Both the position numbers and the translations under genes were made by a program. The notes beneath the pieces are model-generated. The model searched no databases, was not told the DNA's origin, and saw only the letters and a program-made list of their open reading frames with translations. 64,000 nt of DNA from the NCBI GenBank assembly GCA_030141605.1, contig JAQGDQ010000349.1:1-64000 (forward strand). Reading direction: 5' to 3'. Shown piece by piece: positions 21,961 through 33,600 of the stretch. This stretch comes from Tubiluchus corallicola (Eukaryota > Animalia > Priapulida). Positions within the stretch are counted from its first letter, which is position 1, and every line of letters starts with the position of its first letter.

Positions 21961-24199
21961 TTTTCATAGGTAAGATGTAAGTAAGAATATAATCTAGCAA
22001 CTGAAATTTGAAAAATGCTAACTGAAAGGAAAACTCTGTAAATATTCCCACTAAAGCGCAGCATCTTTTGTAACTACATGAATGCGCTAAACATGTCCAT
22101 GCAGCTGCACAGTACAATAATTAACAACCATAACAAGCTATGGCCCAGTTTCTATTTTGCTACCTAAGTGTGCAGTGGCGTTATTAATTATAGATACATT
22201 ATTCAACACTGTCAATACCTTTATATTATGGTTCTTGTTACCTGCTATTAGTTCATGTGTGATGCCTGAATAAGTGTCAGTGTGATATTTACCTGATAAA
22301 CAATCTAAAGTATTCAAGTCTGCTTATTCCTTATTGATTTCATGTATAATGTGGATCTACATTAATTTTCGTTTTGTTCAGTTATTTTTTTAACTGGCAA
22401 CTTCAAAATCCTTTTTGTAACAGGAAATTTGAGAAAATAAGGGAAAGAGAAATAGCTATAAAGGTTAGAAATGCGAGGCGACATCTCGTCATCTCGTGTT
22501 TCATTTCTTTATCTTCAGAATTCTCGGAAATATAAAAACAGATGAGTAAGCATTAAAAACCTGCACAACGAGTCAGAGGCAGAGTCTGCTTAAACTTAGT
22601 TGATGGCAAAACACAAAAAAGCATGACCCATTATGCGCCAGACCATAATAACAGGACGCCATAGTAGTTGCCATTAACAACGTGCAAAACGCAAACGGGA
22701 ACCTATAAGGAACTGTAGGCATAAAAGTGATTTGTGTTTGTGGCTTTTGCTATGATAATGTAGGCCATGTAACAGTTGACGGAAGTTTCAATGTTTCTTT
22801 CTGTTTTTGGTCTGGTACTGCAGCAACAAAATGTAATCAGTTTCTGAAAACTGAAAGATTGCTAGTTGTATAAGGTAAAAGAATATTCTAATGGCACGGG
22901 TGACCAATTATTCAGGCAGAACAATCACAGGAACCAAATATGGCAACCATTAATTAATGAAGGTGCAAAACCACAAATGATTAAATTGTGAAACTAACCT
23001 TGAAAAGGGGAAATTGCCAAAAAAAGGTTGCAACCAAGCCTATTAAGGCCAGTGTGAACCTGACTTAATAAATTTTAATTTTGTAGCCAAGGTAGTACCA
23101 TCTAGGTGGAAAGTTTAAAGTGTGGGCATTGACCCAGTTATGTTTTCATGATGCTGTTCTGTAGTATATGTGAACGACGTGTCTTGTGCAAGCTAACAGA
23201 ATTTATCATTAAACATATGCGGCAACGATGTAAGTTTATTTCTACCGATGTAATTTTTATATTGATTTATTCATTGATATTTGAATGGACTAAATAATTG
23301 TCAATCTAACTAAACTATGTAACTTTTCATAAAATTAGCCAATGTCAGTCACTTTTGCTTTTCTGTTTTAATTTTAAATATTGCAGAAATAAAGATCAGT
23401 GGTTTACATGAAATTCAAATGAGACTTTTAAAGATTTGTCATAAATGCCTCTCAGAGACACTAGCACAGCCTATATTTGGACGGGGGATCATCCGCTTAC
23501 CAAGCAACGCCATAGCGATAAGATTTTCTGTGGTATTATGTGACATATATTATACATCCACCAATTTGCAATTGTTTTTGCAAGATTAGATGCAGGACAT
23601 AGCTATGATTGTTAAAATTAAGCAGAAATTATTTAATGATTGTAAGCTTCAAAGTAGATTTGGTATAGATGCTATTGCATTCATCAATCCTCCCCCTGAT
23701 TGTATACAAAATTTTTGTGTATATGTATGTTGCACAGTACAGTACTTGTGTGCATTAATTGCAGTAAAGAATATTTTATATATGTACAAACTCACACACA
23801 CACACATATGCACACGCACACACACACACAGACTGAAAGAAAAAACAACTTGGAAGAACTGGACATAGGAAAATGAATGAGATCGGATTGGCCGCACGTA
23901 TTTTGTTAACTGTAAATATCAGCGAACTTTTTGACATTTATTTCCATTTATTTTTATTCTTATTTTATTTAACATTCATTTGCACTTAAAAAAAACTATA
24001 AAATAACAAAACCATAAATGTGGAGAGAAATGTGTGAAGAGACAATCTGCTTACATATACCAATCATACACAAGCCATTTATCAAAGTTCAAAAACTTCG
24101 ATATATTTTTGAAAACTATAAAATTGCCTGCAGTGACCAAAGGTGTGTCATTTATGAAAACCTATAACCTTTTTAATTTGTTGAAACTTTTAGAACCAT

Positions 24200-24570
24200 G
24201 ATAATTATTACGGAAATTTGTTATGGCGTCCGGTTCCATGACTATTAAACATAAAGATGGTATATGATAACAGAGGTGGTTATCGCGCCTGTCGCTGATG
24301 CTACTGCTTCTTGTATTGACTTGTGCTATTGTTGTCAAAACTTATAATTAAAGTTGTTTTTTGTAGATTTGTGTTAGCAGAACACTCACAGCCCGCTGGC
24401 TGGCTTAGTCTGACTAACGCTCTTACTAAAGAAAGTCCTGATGGCGGCGTTTAAAAAGGCCAGCATCATTTGTGGTCGTGGGTCTGGCTCATTTGCCACG
24501 TCAGCGCACCTAGTGCGTCCATCTCCGGCGCCATTACTTGTTGAGCTTGAAAGAAATTTTGGCGGTATGA
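24200..24570 (+). promoter_or_regulatory. Probable Suv39h promoter / first exon(s)
   Basis: Locally CpG-rich; YY1-like ATGGCG/CGCCAT motifs (24223, 24441, 24528); CACGTCA at 24497; candidate donors at 24260 and 24565. Confidence 0.45.
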
Positions 24571-26056
24571 TGAATTTGTGGCTTGTGTGTTAATTTGAAA
24601 CTTTGCAGTTGTTTGCTTTTCTTATTATGTTTATTATAAAGTGACAAGCATTTCAGGAAATGACGAAACGCATAAGTTATAATTTAAAGTAGGCTTGCCT
24701 CTATATATTTTTGCATATTTTAATGCAAGTTACTGGTAAGTACGTATGCTAGATGAGTACGTTCACGATAGATCAGCAATATGGCTTAGATATAGCCATT
24801 ATTTATTATTAGGGAATTCGGAAATAGAGGAGCCAGGCTTATACTTGCCGAGCAGTGCGTGGTCATTAGCATAGGGGGACTTGTATATTTACTAGTATTA
24901 GTATTCCAGTTTTGCTTAAATACTGTTTTCAGTGGTGAGGCCTACACAAAATAATCTGGACAGCTTTTAACATTAACCATTAATGTAACATATTTAGTAA
25001 TCAGAAGTATTTTTTATACTATAGTTCGGCATTCACCACTGTTTAAAACAATAAAACATCATAGAGTTTATTATTCTTTACAATTGAATTAGAATTACAA
25101 GAAAATTCGGTTCTATTCCGTTCAGCTTCGATCCAATTTAATTTGATATTTTATTTGGAATTCGGTTTGGCAGACACCTGATATTTGGTTAAGCTGTGGT
25201 TCAGTGGCTCCCAAGCATAAAAAATTCGGCTTCGGTACTATTGGCGAAAATATGCTTTTGGTGCACTCCTAGTTCTTATCTGCCGTTCTACATTATAAAT
25301 ATCTTTTCATGACTTGTACCTTGCTGTTATTATTGTAGTGATATGGAGATAAAATAATGCAATTGAAATGAAGATAAAGTTAGTAAACTTGTATTTTTTG
25401 AAAGCTACTTCATCTGACTAACTGACTCATTCTGCGGGTGTCGTAGCTTGCTAATGCTAAGTGACACGATTGGCATTTCATATCAGTGTGCTTTTTACTT
25501 TTATTTTGTAACATTATATTTTTGTAGCACTTGTATACCAATATTATCTTGTTCAGGTGACTTGTTTAACGTACGTGTTTACAACAATTCAAAAAGTGTT
25601 CTAACTGTAAATTTATTACAAATTTCAAAATTTTAAAAACAGAAATAACTTTTACAAAAGATCAAACTGGGTTACAAACAGATACATTAGTTCTCTATGT
25701 ATTTTAAAATTGCAAATTTAGATGGCTTCCTTTGTTAGGCAATGCGGGAGCTTCTTGTTTGCCAATTAGTTGGGTATTGTTGACTTGTGGTATTTACTTT
25801 CGCAGGACATTAACTATTATCATTGTATAAACTTTTTATTTATTTTTTTACCTAAATTTGACAAAAAGTGAAAAAGTATGAAAAGCAGAAATGTTTTAGC
25901 CAAGGAGTGAGGAAGAAGTTATATGTGATCCTTCAACAAAAGATTTTCTCTCCTGACTGCCTCACTATAACTGAGCAAGCTAACTATTATTAGCCGGTTC
26001 GACAACTGATACATAAGAACACTAGAATTTTACACGATTTTAGGTGGCACATTGTG

Positions 26057-27643
26057 ATGGCATGTTCTGTTCCATGTTTGCAAGGCATTGCAAGTCTGCA
26101 GAAGTACTGCAAAAACAATGGCCTAAAATTTGACGATGCAGGGAAGACCGATCTCAACAAGATGCACATTAATGGTAACTGTACATTTTGTTGGTAGACC
26201 TGTAATAGCTGTACCGAATTTCTATTTTTGGCAATGTAGGTTTTCAAATATTTGCTTGCAATCCTCAAATATTGGAGATAACGAAAGCCTTGCTTATACC
26301 TTTCAGATGTGTTTTATTTAGCAATCAATTTGTAAAGCTGTAATTTAATTGGTTTATCTCCTTTCTAGGACTAATAAGTTCCAAAGAGTGCTACGATGTT
26401 GAACAAATACTTGACTATGCAAGAACAGGAGTATGAATTTTGTTTTTTGATAATTTAAACATTTTTCGCATGATGGAAACTTTATACTCTTCCCAGTGAA
26501 ACTAATTGAAAAACAACTGTTTTTTAGTATAATTTACCACTCAGTATTTACAAGCTTACAAAGTTTCTTAGTATTCTTTTTATTTTGCTTAATTCATATC
26601 TATAAGCTTTAATCTTTGATTGCTCTTTAATTAATTTTGTCATTTTAACAAAATTTTCTCAAAATGAAATGTAGATAAAAATAAAGAAAATAAATCAATA
26701 GGTTGTACCACTTAATCATGTGACTGAAAACAATAGTAAAATATACTGTGCAGCCTGGGTCCTACAAGTATTCGGCCATTTTCTTTTTTACATAAACAAC
26801 ATTGCTGGTAATATTAAAAGGAATTGCAGATTTTCTGCTCATGATACTAACCTTTCTAAAGTTGACCATAAAGTTAATCACCTTACAAATTCTATTAATA
26901 CTGAACTTATGAAAAATCAGTCATTGAATGTGTGCTAACCAACTTTCTGCAAGTTATTTTAAAACAAAATATATGATCAATGCTAAAATGTTCTTAAAGA
27001 AAAACATGACCCATTCTTAAACTATAGCTCAAAACAATATAATCTATAAAATATTGAAATGGGGCAAATTATTTTTTGAAAAATGACTTACGTGAAAGAA
27101 TTATTACACTTAAATGCAATTTTGTATTCTTGCTGCTATCTCTTCACTGTACCTCTCAATTCAGAGGTGTTTGGTTGTGATGTAGTGCACACGTTCGAGA
27201 GCTTATGCATGAGCACATCAGTAAATTTGAAATCGGAATTTTAAACTCAAAAATTACCTAGTTTTTGTATATCGCATTGAATGTTGTATAGCATTGTACT
27301 CCAATTTTCGCTTTTGCAAACACGAGCAAAATACGCTTGTGGAATGTTTGTGATATTGAAAAGAGTGTTCAGTTGTTGCGCTTATCCACCTTTAATTAAG
27401 GTTTTAGCCTATTATTTAATGACCAGAAACACTTTGGCATTAATTAGTATAGTGTTAAAAACTTAAATATGGTACTTTCTACCATACTTCAAAATGGCGT
27501 ATGATATGAAAAATCATCCCGTTTTCTTTTAAGAAAGGTACATAGGCCTAAAGCTTATGCTGTGCACTTACAGTAAATGAGCAAATTTATATTGTAGCAT
27601 TAGAGGTAAAAATGAAATACTAAATATAGTTATAGATACTATG

Positions 27644-27696
<53 letters not shown>

Positions 27697-30600
27697 CGTA
27701 CAGATTTTTATAACTAAATATAGTATATAACAATATATAACTATATATATATATATATAGTATATAGTTATATACTATATTTAGTTATAAAAATCTTAAT
27801 TCTTTGCAATATTGACATTTTAATTTTTCTACTGTAGTTTATTTTCTTGAGTAGCCATTTATTGCTTTGGGGCACTTTTTAAAGAAATGAAATTTTGCTG
27901 TTTTAGTCTCAAGAATGGTATTTCGTGAAATGGGCAGGCTGGAACAGATTCTATAACTCATGGGAGCCCAAGGAAAACCTCTTCTGTCCGTAAGTATACT
28001 GCTACTTGTTTAGTAGTTTTTGTCATCGGATTCAACTTAAAGTGATTAGAAGTTTGTCATTGATTTTGGTTCAATTTTCACTTAAAACCTTTGTTTTTTA
28101 ATTAAACTCAAATGACATCAATACCACACACAAACAACTGCAAATCACACAGTCTGCAATGGCACACACGTACAAAGTTACCACCAAAGGAAAAGGGTCA
28201 ACAGGTGAGACACCCTGAAAGATTCAGATTTCGGTCCCTATTCATTATCTCCAAACTCTACCAGCAAGGACACAGTAACATTGACTGCCCAGCCTTAGAT
28301 GTTAAACTGTGCTTCTCTAGCGCATTTGTTTCCCTCCTTTACAAGTATGATTTCTTATCGGCATACAAATCAAGTTTTAATTTTAACTACTTTTTTAGAA
28401 ACTTACAAATGCAGTTCGCGAAGTTGTAAGCAGCAAAATTTGCCACACGGTTAATGCCGCTTTCGTGAAATAGGTAGAAATGTTTCACAGAGTTTTAAAA
28501 AAGTTTCACAAGTAGTGTTTTTGGTGTAGAAACAAAATCACATAGATTTTAATATTTTTGCTGAAGCAAGATAAGAACGACGGAAACCCAACTTTGATTT
28601 CTAGTAACCAAAGTCAGTTGGCAAAGTTTGTGTAATGCTGATACTTTTTCGTGTAAGGAATAAACTTGAGTTGGATTTTCCAGACTGAGTCCTACATACA
28701 GTAAGCCTTTGCTTATATTTTTACTGATGTCTTTTGACTTTCTTTTTCCACTGTCAATTAATGACGAATTTCTTACTGTAAGTTTACTGTTTTTGTTGAG
28801 TGGGTGCTTTATAAAAATTCTATTACTAACTGGAATTAAAGCAGTTATGTTTGTCGTTCTGTTTGTCTGCCTGAAGTTAACATCGCTGTTTTTCATCCAC
28901 AAGTATAATTAAAAGTTGTATTTGCATTCATTTTGTCGGAATAAAAACAATGTCCGTCGGGAATTAGAAACTTCAGAGAAAATTCGTAGTTTGAATGAAA
29001 TTGGGTATTTTATTTGCGCTGTGTAGGCATGTACCAGAGAGAGTTAGAACACGAGATCTCCGTTAATTGCTAGTTCTTTTCTCTCTTAATTGCTCACTAA
29101 TAGTGCAATCAAGAAAGCTCATGCTTAAAATTTGAATTTTGTTACTTAAAAGGGTCTTGGTTTACTACTAAATTCTACTTTTAATGAATAAGCTATACAT
29201 ACTGTTAGTACAGTATGTAGAATGTAATTTGCCTGACTAAGTGTAAGTTATAAAACTCCCAAGGCATGACTTTAAATTTATTCAAATTAAGCATTTCTGG
29301 TGTTTGCTTTTTTCTGTAGACTGTATGCCCATCCATTTAAGACAGGGAAGACATGGCTTCATTTAACAATGTTTTGCTTAAAAAATGGGATGATTTTCTG
29401 CATATTACTCCTTTTTGTCGAATAGTAAAAAGTATACATTTTAACCCCTATAATAATGACAAAGTGTTTTTGATGATTAAATAATATGTTAAAAACTTAA
29501 TTAGTGGTGGCCAACTATTGATGACATCGCATTTGAAGATAATTTTCAACAGCACAAACATTCCATGCACATGCTCACGCATGAGCTCTTAAACATGTGC
29601 ATTACAACTCTGAACTGAGAGGTACAGCACCTGTTTTTTCATTCAACGCGTTTAGATGCAGGCGCTAGTGCCCCTCTAACTAGCAAACGGCAAAATGCAC
29701 ATAACAGACAAAACTAGCTGCACAAACGTGCAATTAGGTTTCTGTGATAAAAATTCATTCAGGTAAGTCATTCTTGAAAAAATAGTATGTTCTGTTTCAA
29801 TATTTTACAGGGTAAATTGTTTTGAGCTATAGCTTAAAATTGGGTCTGCTTTTCCTTTAACAGTGCCACATGCTCCAGGATTGCGCTACCTTAAAAAGAG
29901 GTCTTATTATTGCAGCTCTTGTAAAATGCAACAGTTTGGCATGTAGGTTCTATAGCACATGAATGATAATTATATATATTTTAAAGGGTCGCGTTGCAGG
30001 AGTTTCACAAGAAGCTTGAAAACAAAGAGATAAAGCAGCAAAAACACAGAAAACGAATTCTAGAACAGAAATTAGGTATGTTGCCTTAGTGTAAGTTTGT
30101 GAATTTTTTTGTACAATTTGATACACCAGAACTTCTAAGATAACCTGTGGTATATGTGTAAAAAAATTCTTAGCTACAGCTACAGTTTGTAAAAAGAACA
30201 CGAAACCTTAAAGTGTCAGCCATTCACTTACTAACCGGGTTTGGTGCTGTTTAAATTTCATTGCCAATCACGAAGGACAACTGCAGATTTTTTTCACACC
30301 AGCAGATTTTACACCAATATATTATTGATGTAATGTTGTTGGAACATAAACGAAGTATCCTACTGCTGCTAGCATTTGTAATTGTATTGTATATTTGTTT
30401 CAGCTTTGACAGAGCAACAGATTGGCTTATTTATACACATTTTTGCAACATTTAACTATTGTGATTAAAGCGTGAAAATTAACATGAAAACATAAAACAT
30501 ATAAACTATAACAAAAGAAATTTCCAAACAGTCAGTACAGATTTAAGACAGGTTTAATTTTGTAGGCAAAACCGCCTTAAAATATGTTGGTATCTAATGT

Positions 30601-33600
30601 ACATTAAATATTACTATGGTAAACATTGCTTTATATTCTGAATTCATGTTTAAGATTTTACAATTAACAAATCTCCTCGCTTACTGTCAGTACATTCGAT
30701 GCTGTGACCATTTCTACATCTACAAAACATTTGCATTTCTATGTAAAATTGCATGTTAATTTGGCATCTTCATCATTAAAATTTTTAAAATATTCATTTA
30801 ATCAAAAGCACTATCAGCAAGTTGAGTCGAAATTTGACACTGATTTTATTACATCTCTCTACAATGATGGTAGGATTTTTAGTTTATAAGTGTTTCTGTT
30901 ATATGAAAGTGGCTATTAAAGGAATGGTATAAGATAGTTTAGCATTTGTACTTGTAATGGCTGTGCTACAGATGTGATCTCCACTTGGTTTTTATTGGCT
31001 GTACGAACTAATTCTTGATCCTTGTTTTGCTTACCATGTCTATGCCAAGCAGTCATAAACACTGGCAGACAAATTCTGTTTCTTAATGAATGCTGTCTGG
31101 ATTGTCTGCAGGCTTTGCTTTCCTCAACAAAAAACATTTATATTGTTTGATTGTGGCACATTTAATAGTGCTTCATTTTTGATTACATTAAGGTATTAAA
31201 TTCAAAAAGATGAAGCCAAATAACCAGATATCTAGCAAAGACTACGCAGAGAAGAAAGCAGTAGCTAAACAAGCTCTCAAGGAATGGGAGACTTCGATTA
31301 ACAAACTCATTGAAGCCTGCCCTAATGGTGGCCAGAAGATCATCGTAGAGAACGACGTGGACCTTGAAGGTCCGCCGCAAGACTTTGTCTACATCACCGA
31401 CTACAAAGCAGCGAATGGCATTCACATACCATCCGACCCGCCGATCGGTTGCGAGTGCGCGGATTGTTTCGAGAATCGGCACGAGTGCTGCCCGCACCAG
31501 TCGGGCTGCAAGTTCGCGTACACGGTCCGCGGACGGATGCGGCTTCCTCGTGGTTATCCAATCTACGAGTGCAATAAACGATGCCATTGTGGGCCGGATT
31601 GTGCGAACCGAGTCGTACAGAAGGGTCCACCATTCAAGATGTCGATTTTTCGGACGGACGATTGCAGGGGGTGGGGTGTGAAGACATTGCAAAGGATACT
31701 TAAAGGCTCGTTTGTGATGGAATACGTTGGTGAGGTAATAATTGTTTATTTCTTATAAAACAGGCAACATTCCTGTTTATTAATTAGATTCTCTGAGTTT
31801 TGTAGGTGATTATATTAAGAAAAACAATACCGAACCTTGAATAAAAGATTTCTGTAGAACTTTGTCTACATTTCCACTTGCCAAATCTTTATGCTTCTTA
31901 CTGAGATTTACACTTTTAAAACCGTGAGTTTTTGCCATTATATACCTGTGTCTTTAGCTCAATTATTAGAAAAGTTGACTTCTGCGTACCCAATCCAAGG
32001 CACCCGATCTTTGTAAATTCTTAGTTATTAATTAAAATATGCACATAATATACCTGGTTTCCAGTCTACCTTTTTTGCTCATATATTTATAGTAGAATAA
32101 AATTTGTTAATGAGGATTTGTTGTAACACAGAAGATTGATGTTTTATTATTTAGGACGAAGGAACAGTTACATGTTAATTATCACTTCAAATAAGTCTAA
32201 ATTTATCGAATAATCATAAAAAATTACATTATAGAAAATAAAAGGGTTTGTTACTTCCCTTTCTTGGTGAGAAAAACATGTAGACAGAGTTTCAAATTCT
32301 TAGTAGCAAGAAGGATGTTGGTTTATTAAATATCTCATACAACAAATTTTTATTACAGCATCACAATGTATCCACTACATGCAATCACCTTCATATCGTA
32401 AAAAACATTTAGAAAATTATGAACAAATCAAATCATTATGACATTATAACTTTAAGCAATAATTATAAGATATAAACATAAACTATAATTAATAATTTAA
32501 GAAATGAAGTAATGTACTATGACGACAACATGTTCTATAAATTGAAACCCTTGCTTCAAACCAAAATCAAGGTTTTGCATCTCAGAACATATTGTCATAG
32601 AAGGTTTTGTCCACTTCTTTTGTTTGTTTTATGATTATAGTTTCTATAGTTAGTCTCAGATTCATTGCCTCAGTTTTGTCGTAATGTTTTTGATTGGTTC
32701 GTAATTTTTTAAATTCTTTTATTATCCAAAGATGACTGCTAGTAAGCAATTGAAACACGATTTCTTAATAACAAATAATAAAATTTGTTGATATTGCTTA
32801 TTGATAACTAACCAAAATAATTAACTACTTTTTCAGAAGCACTAAGCACTGAACTGAGCAATGATTCAAAAGTACAAAAACATAATTTTAACATAAATAT
32901 ATTGTTGTGGCGCTTTGAACTTAAGTGAGCAAAGCTGTCTGCAGTAAGTGCTCTAAAATTAAAATTAGAGAACAAGATATCTGAATATATCAGATTTTGT
33001 TCCACATTTTAATTAGCCTTAAGATAATTGTACTTGATATGTGAACAAAAAAGAGGACACAAAATCAGTGATAATACACTTTTTTAAATCAATGTTGCAG
33101 ATGTGTTTGGCCGTTAGACTTCATTTTATTAAATTCTGTTAAAAAACTGCTGCAACATTTTGTAAAAATGATCGTTTAAGATCTGGTGATTGCTATGACC
33201 AGGAAAAAATTTGCTAACAGGAACACCTACTACGTTTTCTGTAAATATTCAGCTTTGATGGCAGAGGTGTCATAGCCAGGTGTAGATGTGTGCTCCTCAA
33301 AGGGTGCAATGGACACATCATTATTGCAAAATTGCTGAAAGGTGATTTTCCTGAATGCTGTTGTTCTAGTTACTGACAAAGTTCTGCACTGCTTAACTTT
33401 AGCAACTATGCAGTTTTTTAAATCTTATGTGGAACACACTATTTCACTATTTTAATAAAATAAGCAGACAAGTGACAATTTTAGTTCTAGTTACACACCT
33501 TTTTGTGTCAATTTTTTTAAAATTAAGTGTGCACTCCACTGTTAACAGTTAACAATACTTCTATTTTAGGTTTTTTGCTTTACTGGTTTTTGGTGTTTTC

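Noticed and set aside
24441-24564. ELERN plus a phase-1 donor, reminiscent of the eIF2-gamma exon fused to insect Su(var)3-9
   Set aside because: Only five residues match, there is no GHVAHGKST motif and no downstream eIF2-gamma exons were seen; probably chance
31183-31692. 169-aa antisense ORF and overlapping alternate-frame ORFs
   Set aside because: Shadows of the GC-rich Suv39h exon
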